Source: Acidimicrobiia bacterium
Lineage (GTDB): Bacteria; Actinomycetota; Acidimicrobiia; IMCC26256; PALSA-610
Assembly: GCA_027494135.1 (NCBI GenBank)
Contig: JAOSJK010000001.1
Location: 163,378 to 227,377 of the forward strand
DNA: 64,000 nucleotides
Direction of reading: 5' to 3'
The position numbers and the translations under genes are program-made. The notes under the pieces were generated by a model. The model was not told where the DNA came from, ran no database searches, and saw only the letters and a list, made by a program, of their open reading frames with translations. This document shows, in pieces, positions 29,060 through 38,278 of the stretch (position 1 is the first letter of the stretch; every line of letters starts with the position of its first letter).

Positions 29060-30143
29060 CCAAGGGCCTCCTCGGCCACAGCCTGCATCTGATCGGTCGC
29101 CTCACCCGGATCGATCTCACCGAGCAGAGCCCGGTGTAGCGCCAGCCAGCCGGCGTCCTCGATATCGGGGAACCTCGGAAGCGGAGGGTACGTGATCATC
29201 CCGCTGGCGATCGTGGCCCGGGTGATCTCCAGCCGGCGGGCGTCGACCTCGTCGACCGGTTCCTGCGCGGCGAGGACCTCCGCGTGGGCGCAGACCGCGC
29301 CGCTCGCGGCCTCCAGCTGGTTCGCCTCCGCAGACGCGAGATCCACGAGCAGTGCCCGAGCTCCGTCGATGTCGCCACACGTGGTCGGGATCGCCCAGGA
29401 GTGGCACCCCGCATACGACACGACGCCATCGGGACCACCTAGATAGGGGTGTGGCTCGAGCGATCCTCCGACGCGGGACCCGCGAAGCGCGCCAGTAGCG
29501 CCCGGCCACGCCGCCGCGACGGCGACCCGGCCGTCGCCGAGCGCCGCGTCGACGTCGTCGTAGTGCCAGTCGGGCTGTGACGAGGGCGCCCTGGCGCGAT
29601 GGAGACGAGCATCTCCACCGCTCTGCGCGCCTCATCGGTGCACAGCGTGGGACGGAGAGCGTCGTCGAAGAGCCGACCGCCCAGCGTCGTCACGACCTCG
29701 AAGAAGGTGCCGAAGAGGCCCGACTCGCGACCGGGGAGGCCGAAGACGAGCGGTGAGTCGAGCATCTGCACCCAGGTTGCGGGCACCGGTTCGGCGCCGC
29801 ACATGTCGCGGTTCGCCCAGAGGACCCGAACGTCGACGTTCCGAGGGACCGAGAGCAGCGGGCCCCGGAAGCGGCAGAGCTCGACCGCACGCGGCGAGAG
29901 CGGCCTCAGCACCGCGGGCTCGACCACGTGGTCGAGCGGCCTGAGCCACTCCGCCTGGGACGGCGCGTACTTCGAGTGGGTCGAGAGGACGTCGATCCGC
30001 TCTCCACGAGCCAGAAGGGCGGCGACGGCCCGGTTGAGGCTCGGGTGGTCGGAGTGGACTACCACCTCGACGTCGCGTCCGGAGAGCATCTCGTAGAGCC
30101 CGTCGTACATCGGACCGCCGACGAGCGCCAACCGCAGTGTCAC
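29056..30143 (-). pseudogene. periplasmic-binding-protein-like protein without signal peptide, frame broken
   Basis: (GTG)TLRLALVGGPMYDGLYEML... is in the frame of ORF 29439..30956. ...SYAGCHSWAIPTTCGDIDGARALLVDLAS... is in ORF 29056..29421. The family assignment is tentative. Confidence 0.4.
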
Positions 30144-30260
30144 GAGCCACCCCTCCCGCCTCGGCAGCCACCCCGACGGGCGGTCCGCGGACCCTAGTGC
30201 GACCCCGGGCGCGACGGTAGCGAGAGAATCGTGGGGCCTGCGGCGCGGTACCGTGCGCCC

Positions 30261-30722
30261 ATGCCCGGACGAGGTGACAAGACCGTCATCACCAACCGCC
30301 GCGCGCGACACGACTACACGCTGGGCGACACCTTCGAGTGCGGCGTGGTCCTTCACGGTGCCGAGGTGAAGTCGATCCGCGACGGGCGCGCGAACCTTCA
30401 GGACTCCTACGCGCGCGTCGACTCCGGCGAGGTCTGGCTCCACGGGATGCACGTGTCGCCGTACGCCTTCTCGCGCGACGATCTCGACCCGGTGAGGCCA
30501 CGCAAGCTGCTGCTCCACCGGCGCCAGATCGATGAGATCGAGAAGGCCACCGCCGAGAAGGGGGTCACGCTCGTGCCGCTGCGCGTCTACTTCAGCGACG
30601 GTCGTGCGAAGGTCGAGATTGCGGTGGCCACCGGGAAGCGCAAGTACGACAAGCGTCAGGCGATCGCCACCCGCGACGCACAACGCGAGACGGAGCGGGC
30701 GCTCAAGGAGTCGCACCGCTGA
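30261..30722 (+). CDS. smpB: SsrA-binding protein SmpB
   Basis: TNRRARHDYTLGDTFECGVVLHGAEVKSIRDGRANLQDSYARV...RKLLLHRRQIDEI. Confidence 0.95.
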   Translation: MPGRGDKTVITNRRARHDYTLGDTFECGVVLHGAEVKSIRDGRANLQDSYARVDSGEVWLHGMHVSPYAFSRDDLDPVRPRKLLLHRRQIDEIEKATAEKGVTLVPLRVYFSDGRAKVEIAVATGKRKYDKRQAIATRDAQRETERALKESHR

Positions 30723-32713
30723 CGGGTCCGCCTCCCGACGGCACACCCTCAGGACGCGCACGCACACCGGCCGGCACACCATCCGGACGCGCACGCACAC
30801 CGGCCGGCACACCATCCGGACGCGCACGCACACCGGCCGGAACCCCCTCCGGACGCGCACGCACACCAGCCTCCTCGGTGGGCTCGGGCGCGGCTTCGAC
30901 CGCGGGCATCGAGAGCGTGAACCTGCACCCCCGCCGGGTGCCTCGGTCAGCACCAAGCGGCCACCGAGGAGACCTGCGAGCTGCCGGCAGAGGTAGAGCC
31001 CGAGGCCCGTCCCCCCTGTCTCCGGGTGGACGACTGGTCGAGCTGCACGAAGCGCTGGAAGACCCTCTCGCGGTCCTCCGCCGGGATCCCGGGGCCCTGG
31101 TCGTCGATGGTGAAGAGGATCTCGGCGCCGGAGCGCGACGCGCGGACCTCGATCGGCCCGTCCGGGGCGTACTTGCCGGCGTTCTCCACCAGGTTCGAGA
31201 GGATCTGCTGGAGCTTGACCGGGTCGGTGACCACGGTCTCGATCCCCACACCCACAGACGCCGTTGCGCGCCCATCGGTCAGGCGCGAGGTGTCGCGCAC
31301 CACCTGCTCGAGGAGCTGCGCCACAGCGACGGGACGATGGTTGATCGCAACGGTGTCGTGCTCCGTGGAGGCAACGACGAGGAGCTCGTTGATCAACCTC
31401 TGCAGGCGGTCCCCCTGCTCCGAAGCGGTCTCCAGCAGCGCATGGCGCTTCTCGTCGTCGAGCCTGCCCTCCAGGCGCGTGATGGTGCCCATCCGCCGAG
31501 CATCACGGCAAGCGGCGTTCGGAGCTCGTGGGAGACTGCAGCGACGAAGTCGCCCTTCTGCTGGTTCAGGTCGACCTGACGGGCCAACGCCTGCTCGCGC
31601 TCCTCGTAGAGGCGGGCGTTCGCCGAGGTGAGAGAGGCCTGGCCCGCGAATGCCGCGAGCGTCTCGACCCTGCCGGCCGAGCTCCCGTCGTGCTTCCCCC
31701 TGCCTCCACACGGCGACGACGAGCGGTCCGGCCGCGTCCGGACGCGACGCTGCGGCCAGGAGGCTCTGCGCGTCGGGAATCGCTCTCGTGAGCGTGTCGG
31801 GTCCTCCAGGTTCTGCGTTGCCGCCGAGCGCGAGCTCGCAGTCCCCCGTCCGCCCCGCACTTCTGACGAGCTCGGCGACCAGCTCCGGAGGTGCGGGGCG
31901 CGTCCCGTGATCGTCTACGAGCGATCCCACCCAGGTGCCGCTCGTATCCGTCGAGCAGCACACCGCCGCCAGCCCGGTGCAGAGACTGCGAGCCTCGCCG
32001 GCAAGGAGACCGAGAGCCTCCTCGAATCCCGATAGCCGGGAGGTGCGGGCCGACGCCTCGTAGAGCCGCTCGAAGCGCAGGTGCTCGTCGCGCTGGGCGG
32101 CGGCGTGACGCGAGTTGAGAGCGACGGCGCCTACGAGAGGTACGAGGAGGAGTGGCAGCACGGGGTTCTGCCGGTAGAGCTGATAGGCGATCGGGCCCAG
32201 CGGCGCCGCGGCAAAGGTCATCAGAGCCGCTGTGGGCACGGAACGGACGAGCACGTCGTAGAAGGTCGCGCGCTCGACGATCGACAGCACCATCGCGGTC
32301 GCAGCGACGTCGATGAGCGAGAAGCAGAGCACGCAGGCGATGGCGGCGGCCCATGCGAGCGCGTCGCCGAAGTCGGTGCGACCGAGCGCCTGGAAGGCGA
32401 CGCCTGCGATCGTGACCGCAGCGAGCCGGTTGGTCACGTTGAAGAGCAGCTTCAGACCGGTGGTCCGCTCGGCGAGAAGTGCGACGGCCTCACCGACCGC
32501 CGCGGCGACCCCCGCGCCCACTGGACCTACCAGGAAGAAGGCGACCGGGAGGATGGTCTCGATCAACGTGAACGTGCACTTGTGGCGACGGAACTCGAGC
32601 CGCATGGTGAACGACCCACCCAGCGCGAACGCCACCGCGAGGATCGCGATGGTGCGCGCATCGCCGAGCGTGGAGCCCGCCCCGATGCTGAGGCGAGCGA
32701 AGCCGACTGCCAA
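30703..32713 (-). pseudogene. sensor histidine kinase: polytopic membrane domain, GAF, HisKA and HATPase; frame broken several times
   Basis: TTG 32713. The H-box FVAAVSHELRTPL is in ORF 31393..31860. LSNLVENAGKYAP and IDDQGPGIP are in ORF 30947..32713. ...CRFTLSMP is in ORF 30703..31275. Switches are near 31700, 31500, 31000 and 30950. The 3' end is uncertain. Confidence 0.8.
30740..30871. repeat. 33-bp tandem repeat x4 (GGCACACCATCCGGACGCGCACGCACACCGGCC)
   Basis: Units are at 30740, 30773, 30806 and 30839. The two central units are identical and the outer two are diverged. Confidence 0.9.
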
Positions 32714-32791
32714 GGCGGCCTCGAACGCGACCAGGAGCCCGATCCGGCTCCCGACGCTCCCCTAGCGGGCTACGGCGACGCGCCGCTCCAG

Positions 32792-34507
32792 CTACCCCCA
32801 GTCTGCAGCGTTCCACGACGCCGAGCTCCAACGGGTTGCCTCCCACATCTCGTCGGTCCAGCGTGTCGCCGCCCACTCCTCGTCGCTCCACCTGGTCGCG
32901 TTCCACCGTGTCGCACTCCAACGGGTTGCACTCCAACGGGTGGCGGCCCACTCCTCGTCACTCCACCGAGTCGCGCTCCAACGGGTCGCGCTCCAGCGAG
33001 TCGCGTTCCAGCGAGTCGCGTTCCAACGGGTGGCGGCCCACTCCTGATCACTCCAGCGGGTCGCGTTCCAACGGGTCGCGCTCCACCGCGTCGCCGCCCA
33101 CTCCTGGTCGCTCCAGCGGGTCGCGTTCCAACGGGTCGCGTTCCACCGAGTCGCACTCCACCGGGTCGCGTTCCACCGCGTCGCACTCCACCGGGTGGCC
33201 GCCCACGGCATCCGGTCTCTCAGGCCACGCCCGAGGCCGCCGAACGCGATCGGTTGACGCTGCCACCAGTCGCGCCGGGGCTCTGCCTGGTCGGCACCAT
33301 CAAGGCTGACCGCCAACGCGGAGCCATCCTCGATCGAGACCCCGCCGTCTATCAGCGCGCCCTTCAGATCGTCGGGCGTGGCCTCGGGGTGCAGCTGCAC
33401 GAGCGTCGCGAGCCCGCCGGCCACCAGCGCGGCGGCCATCGATGTGCCGCTCCCCCGGAAGTACGCGTCGCCGATGCGGCCCTCCGGGTGCTCGGTGTCG
33501 ATCGTCGACCCGGGCGCCCGTAGCGAGATCACGGAGACGCCGGGGGCCACGACGTCGGGCTTCGAGTAGCGACGGAAGTCCTCGCGCCCCGAGAACTCGG
33601 GGACGGCGTCGTCTGCGACGTCGGGCGTGCCGTTCGTGTCGGAGGCCCCGACGGTGACGATCCACGGGTCGCTCCCCGGCGAGGTGACGACGCCGTCGCC
33701 CTCGTTGCCGGCGGCTCCGACGACCGCGATCCCCGACGCCCAGGCCGCCTCTACGGCACCCGAGAGCGGGTTCGCCATGTAGGGCAGGTTGGTGTCGACG
33801 CCGAACGAGAGGCTCATGACCCGGATCTCGTACGCGTCGCGGTTGACTATCGCCCAACCGATTCCGGCGATGAGCTTCGACAGGGTCGTGCGACCGTCGG
33901 CGCCTGCGACCTTCACCGAGACGACGCTGGCTCCGGGAGCGACGCCGGTGTGCGGCACAGCGTCGCCTGCGCTCGCGCTGCCGTCACCAGCGATGAGACC
34001 TGCCATGAACGTGCCGTGCCCGTACCGGTCTACGCCGTCGCCCTCACCCGACAGGTCGGGGCCGCGGATCACGCGGCCCGCCAGGTCGGGGGCCTCGGCG
34101 ACGCCGGTGTCGATCAGCGCCACCCCGACACCGGCTCCGGCGTCGGCCGACCACCCGTCGGCAGGGTCGAGCGCCGAGAGCTGGAGGTCGTGGGAGGCGG
34201 GATCGAAGTCGCTGCCGGTCGCCTCGAGCACCATGTCGGGTGTCACCCGGAGGTCCGGGTCGGCCGAGAGCATCGCGAGCGCACGCGCATCGACCGTCGC
34301 GGCGACGCCGCCGACGAGGCCGAGATCTGCGTCGACGCGTCCGCCCGCGGCCGCCACCGCAGCAGCGGCGGCCCCCGAGTCGGATGCCTCGACGATCACG
34401 GCCTGGTCTGCGCCACCGCTCATGCGCGCGGCGGCCGGCGCTGCGATCAGCCCCGGGAGGAGCAGTGCGATTGCCGCCGCTGTCCGGCGGAGCGACGGGC
34501 GGTTCAC
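32792..34507 (-). CDS. secreted S8 (subtilisin-like) serine peptidase with a C-terminal Trp-every-5th-residue repeat tail
   Basis: Signal peptide MNRPSLRRTAAAIALLLPGLIAAPAAA. Catalytic triad contexts ALIDTGV, HGTFMAGLIAG and GTSMAAALVAG. The tail is WSATRWNATRW... Confidence 0.9.
   Translation of the reverse strand: MNRPSLRRTAAAIALLLPGLIAAPAAARMSGGADQAVIVEASDSGAAAAAVAAAGGRVDADLGLVGGVAATVDARALAMLSADPDLRVTPDMVLEATGSDFDPASHDLQLSALDPADGWSADAGAGVGVALIDTGVAEAPDLAGRVIRGPDLSGEGDGVDRYGHGTFMAGLIAGDGSASAGDAVPHTGVAPGASVVSVKVAGADGRTTLSKLIAGIGWAIVNRDAYEIRVMSLSFGVDTNLPYMANPLSGAVEAAWASGIAVVGAAGNEGDGVVTSPGSDPWIVTVGASDTNGTPDVADDAVPEFSGREDFRRYSKPDVVAPGVSVISLRAPGSTIDTEHPEGRIGDAYFRGSGTSMAAALVAGGLATLVQLHPEATPDDLKGALIDGGVSIEDGSALAVSLDGADQAEPRRDWWQRQPIAFGGLGRGLRDRMPWAATRWSATRWNATRWSATRWNATRWNATRWSDQEWAATRWSATRWNATRWSDQEWAATRWNATRWNATRWSATRWSATRWSDEEWAATRWSATRWSATRWNATRWSDEEWAATRWTDEMWEATRWSSASWNAADWG
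32795..33205 (-). repeat. 15-bp (pentapeptide) coding periodicity, 27 units W-x-x-x-x
   Basis: 28 Trp residues are spaced exactly 5 apart in the ORF 32792..34507 translation. Units are similar but not identical at the DNA level. Confidence 0.9.
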
Positions 34508-34938
34508 GCGGCGGCTCCCGAGAAGAAGTAGTCGAAGAAGTGCACGAACTCCTCAACGTTGAACGGCTTGGTGATGTAGTAGTCGGCGCCCGACTGCCAG
34601 CCTTCCCAGACGTCCTCGTCGGTCGCCTTCGCGGTGAGCAGGACCACCGGGATGTGCTGGGTCTGCGGGTCGCCCTTCAACTCGCGCAGGACCGTGTAGC
34701 CGTCTCGCCCCGGCATCATGATGTCGAGGACGATGAGGTCGGGCATGAGCTCGTGCGCTGCCACGACCGCGGCGTCACCGTCCTCGACGATGTGCACGTC
34801 GAAGCCCTCGGCGCCGAGGTTCATCTCGAAGAGGGTCCGCATTCCGGGCTCGTCCTCCGCGTACAGGATGCGGCCGGCGCGACGCGGGGAGTCTTCACGG
34901 GTGATCTCTGGGTCGCTCATCAGAGGGTTCTTCGACAC
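34504..34938 (-). CDS. stand-alone response-regulator receiver (CheY-like)
   Basis: RILYAEDEPGMR...PDLIVLDIMMPGRDG...PVVLLTAKA...YITKPF. Its stop overlaps the S8 GTG start (GTGA). Confidence 0.9.
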   Translation of the reverse strand: MSKNPLMSDPEITREDSPRRAGRILYAEDEPGMRTLFEMNLGAEGFDVHIVEDGDAAVVAAHELMPDLIVLDIMMPGRDGYTVLRELKGDPQTQHIPVVLLTAKATDEDVWEGWQSGADYYITKPFNVEEFVHFFDYFFSGAAA

Positions 34939-35152
34939 TCAGAGCGCGCACTCTTGAGCCATTCTGGGCTATGACCTCGTCCTGGTCGTAGATCTGACGA
35001 CTCTCCGTGGTCACCGTGCGCTCTCGAAATCGTATTAACGGCTCGTATGCCTTGTTATGCCTATATCCGGCATACCCGGTGGAGGAGGGCGAGCCCGCGG
35101 GCTCCCCAGGTCACCTCGGGGTGGGCCGCTGCACCGCTGCACCCTGTGAGGG

Positions 35153-36175
35153 GTGTGGCATGGTGGCCGCGTGAGCGGCCTCGCCCTCGCCGTAGCGGTC
35201 GCACTCGCGTTCGACCTCACGAACGGCTTCCATGATTCGGCGAACTCGGTGGCGGCCCTGGTCGCCACCCGCGCCGCGAGGCCGGCGGCGGCGATCCTGC
35301 TCGTCTCGGTCTTCTACATGCTCGGGCCCTTCCTCGCGGGCACTGCGGTGGCCGACACGGTCGGCGGCCTGGTGACGCTCGACGGGACTACCGCCATCAC
35401 GAGCGTCGGGGCGGCCCTGACCGGCGCGCTCGCGTGGAACCTGCTCACCTGGTGGCGCGGTCTGCCGTCGAGCTCGAGCCACGCGCTCGTGGGCGGGCTC
35501 GTCGGCGCTGCGATGGTCGAGGCGGGCGGAGGAGCAGTCCACTGGGGCGGCGTCGAAGGGCTCCGTCCTGCCGGGGTGCTCGGAGTACTCGCCGCGCTCG
35601 CGGTCTCGCCGCTCCTCGGCTTCGGGGCCGGCCTCCTGGGTGCGCGCGCTGCAAGGCGTGCGACACGTCGAGCCTCGGTGGCGATGCGGCGCTCCGTACT
35701 CCGCGCGGAGTGGTTCACGGCGTCGGCTCTGGCGTTCAGCAACGGGGCGAACGACGCCCAGAAGACGATGGGCGTGATCACCCTTCTCCTGGTCGCAGAC
35801 GGCCGGCTCGACACCTTCTCCGTACCCGTGTGGGTGAAGCTCGCGGCGGCGATCACCCTGACGTTCGGCACCAGCCTCGGAGGATGGCGGATCGTGCGGA
35901 CGGTCGGCGGTGGCATATACCGGCTCCGTCCGCTCGACGGCCTCGTGAGCCAGAGCGGCTCGGCGGCTGTCGTGCTCACGAGCGCGGCGATCGGGGCGCC
36001 GGTGAGCACGACCCACGTGGTCGCGTCGTCGGTGGTGGGGGTGGGAGCGGGGCAGCGTTGGCGGCACGTACGGTGGGCCGTGGTTCGCGAGATGGGGCTC
36101 GGCTGGTTGGTGACGTTGCCCGCGAGCGCCGCTCTCGGCGCAGCCGCGGTCCCCGTCTGGAGGTGGTTGGTGTGA
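35153..36175 (+). CDS. inorganic phosphate transporter, PiT family
   Basis: NGFHDSANSVAALVATR and NGANDAQKTMG duplicated signature motifs. GTG at 35171 is an alternative start. Confidence 0.9.
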   Translation: MWHGGRVSGLALAVAVALAFDLTNGFHDSANSVAALVATRAARPAAAILLVSVFYMLGPFLAGTAVADTVGGLVTLDGTTAITSVGAALTGALAWNLLTWWRGLPSSSSHALVGGLVGAAMVEAGGGAVHWGGVEGLRPAGVLGVLAALAVSPLLGFGAGLLGARAARRATRRASVAMRRSVLRAEWFTASALAFSNGANDAQKTMGVITLLLVADGRLDTFSVPVWVKLAAAITLTFGTSLGGWRIVRTVGGGIYRLRPLDGLVSQSGSAAVVLTSAAIGAPVSTTHVVASSVVGVGAGQRWRHVRWAVVREMGLGWLVTLPASAALGAAAVPVWRWLV

Positions 36176-36777
36176 AGCACTGGTTCCTACCCGACAGCCC
36201 CGACGTGATCGGTCTCCTGCTGCGCCAGGCCGACATCACGATCCACGGACTCGACGCGTTCGCAGCCTGGTCGTCGGGCGACGAGGCCGGGGCCCAGACG
36301 GTGCGCGACTGCGAGCACCAAGCCGACGACGCGCGCCGCGAGCTCCACCGCGCGCTTCGGGAGGCGTTCAGCACCCCGATCGACGCCGAGGACCTGTACG
36401 CGCTCTCGGAGCGGCTCGACGCCGTCCTCAACGGTGCGAAGAACGCGGTGCGCGAGTCGGAGGTCATGCAGATGCAACCCGACGCGCCGATGGCTGCGAT
36501 GGCAGCGGAGCTCGCCGGGGCCGTCGAGCACCTGCGCGACGCTCTGGCTGCTCTGCTCCGCGACGCCGACGAGGCGACGGCCGCCGCCGACGCCGCCATC
36601 CGGCGCGAGCGCGAGATGGAGCGGATCTACCGAAAGGCGATGTCGGACCTGCTCGATCAGGCGGAGCTGCGCGAGGTGATTGGCCGCCGAGAGCTGTACC
36701 GGCGCTACTCCCGCCTCGGCGAGGAGGTCGTGAGCGTCGCGGAGCGGGTCTGGTACGCCCTGGTGAAGGGCGGCTGA
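36172..36777 (+). CDS. DUF47/PhoU-like Pit accessory protein
   Basis: GTG 36172 overlaps the pit stop. All-helical, with ...HQADDARRELHRALREAFSTPIDAEDLYALSERLD... Confidence 0.8.
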   Translation: MKHWFLPDSPDVIGLLLRQADITIHGLDAFAAWSSGDEAGAQTVRDCEHQADDARRELHRALREAFSTPIDAEDLYALSERLDAVLNGAKNAVRESEVMQMQPDAPMAAMAAELAGAVEHLRDALAALLRDADEATAAADAAIRREREMERIYRKAMSDLLDQAELREVIGRRELYRRYSRLGEEVVSVAERVWYALVKGG

Positions 36778-36929
36778 AGCCGCCCTGATCCCCTGCGTGC
36801 CGCCCTGCCGAGCCGATCGCGGCTGGATGTGGGGGCTGCGGGAATCGATGTCCTCGCCGGGTTGTACGATATGGGGACCGAATCGGGGCACCTTCGCACC
36901 TGCCCCGGCCGGAAGCGACACATTGACAT

Positions 36930-37285
36930 GGGGGTGCGTGGCTTCGATTCTGGGAATCGAGGTGGGTGAAGCGAGCCGACGTCCCCGGAACGTCGTTAAA
37001 GAGCCGGGACCATAGATACTTGCCGAGGACAACCTCGCACTCGCTGCCTAGTCACTGACTAGCAGCGCGTCCGATCCGACCCAGCCGCTCGGTCGGGACA
37101 GGGCGCCATCTCGAGCGGCTAACCGGTGGGACGGGCCCCGTGGCCCACCGGGACATCACAGCGAGGCTGGGTCCGCCGCCGGGTGCCGATGCCCGACAGC
37201 GGACCGAGATCAATCACCGGCTGCGCTCGGAGAAGCCCCACTGAGAGCCTGGAAGACGCGGGTTCGACTCCCGCCACCTCCACGA
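36930..37285 (+). ncRNA. ssrA: tmRNA (SsrA)
   Basis: The 5' GGGGGTG pairs with the 3' CACCTCC, including the G3:U70 wobble. T-arm is GCGGGTTCGACTCCCGC. The tag ORF at 37022-37051, GCC GAG GAC AAC CTC GCA CTC GCT GCC TAG, encodes AEDNLALAA*. CCA is not encoded (CGA). Confidence 0.9.
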
Positions 37286-37300
37286 TTTCGAGACCTAAGT

Positions 37301-38170
37301 GGCTCTCCTGACATGTTTGTGGGTTAGTTCCGGCCGGGTAGGGCGGGCCGGTGACCGCCGAGGGCGAGCATGGCGAGGGCGATTAGGGCGGCGGGGTTCT
37401 TGAACCCGAAGGCGATGCGGGTGAGGAGCCGGATCTTGGTGTTGGTCGACTCGATGAGAGCGTTGGAGAGCTCGCTGTCGAGGGCTGCGTCGATCTCGGC
37501 GCGGTGACGCCGGATGGCTTGTTGAAGCTTCACGAACGCGGGGATCCGGCAGCGGCACGCCCAGGTGAGCCATCGGTCGAGCGCGTCCTTGCCGGCGTGA
37601 CCCTTGAGCTGGAACACGGTACGTAGACCTTCTTTGAGCAGGTAGGCGCGGTGCAGCCGTGGGTCGGTCTTGGCGATCCAGGCGAGTTTGGCGGCTTGGT
37701 GGTCGGTGAGGTTCTCGGGGTTCTTCCAGAGCGCGTAGCGGGACTGTTGCAAGGCGCGGGCCCGGTCGTGGCCTGGGCGGGGTGGAGCGTCACGACGGGG
37801 GCGGCCGCTTGGTCGGTGGCCTTCGCCGCGAGCAACGGCCCGGGCGTCGTTCCACGCGGCGCGGCGGACCTCGTCGAGGGCGTCGGTGGCCCACGCGACC
37901 ACGTGGAACGCGTCAGCGCACAGGATGGCGTTGGGGCAGTGGGTTCTGACCGCGTTGGCGATCCATGTCGCCGCGTCGGCGCTGACATGGGTGATCAACG
38001 CGCATCGCTCGGCGCCGACCAGCTCGAAGAACGTCGCGAGGGTGGCCTCGTCCCGGCCGACCGAGGCCCACACGAGCCGGCCCGTGTCATGATCGACGAC
38101 CACCGTCAGGTAGCGGTGCCCGCGCTTGTAGCTGATCTCCGAAGACGTCGGTGACGTATACAGCGGTGAG
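37301..38170 (-). mobile_element. ISL3-family IS remnant (5'-truncated), inserted ~15 nt after ssrA
   Basis: The terminal inverted repeat GGCTCTCCTGACATG begins at 37301. The transposase C-terminal ~270 aa are present. The upstream part is missing. Confidence 0.75.
37324..38170 (-). pseudogene. ISL3 family transposase, N-terminally truncated
   Basis: This is the C-terminal part of ORF 37324..39111: ISYKRGHRYLTVVVDHDTGRLVWASVGRD...CADAFHVVAWATDALDEVRR...NALIESTNTKIRLLTRIAFGFKNPAALIALAML. Confidence 0.8.
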
Positions 38171-38178
38171 ATCAAAGG
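38171..38178. repeat. 8-bp target-site duplication ATCAAAGG (left)
   Basis: It directly abuts the IRL GGCTCTTCGCGTTTGAGCGGGG. An identical octamer lies at 43242-43249. Confidence 0.8.
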
Positions 38179-38278
38179 GGCTCTTCGCGTTTGAGCGGGG
38201 TCGGGTAGGTCCGTAGGCGGTACAGGGGCTCTGCGAATCTGAGGGTGTCTTACGCCTTCGGATCCGGGGAGAGCCCCT

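Noticed and set aside
30740-30871. CRISPR-like array (also considered for 7716-8324 and 32795-33205)
   Set aside because: The repeats are directly tandem with no unique spacers, no cas genes are nearby, and two of the three arrays are in-frame coding repeats.
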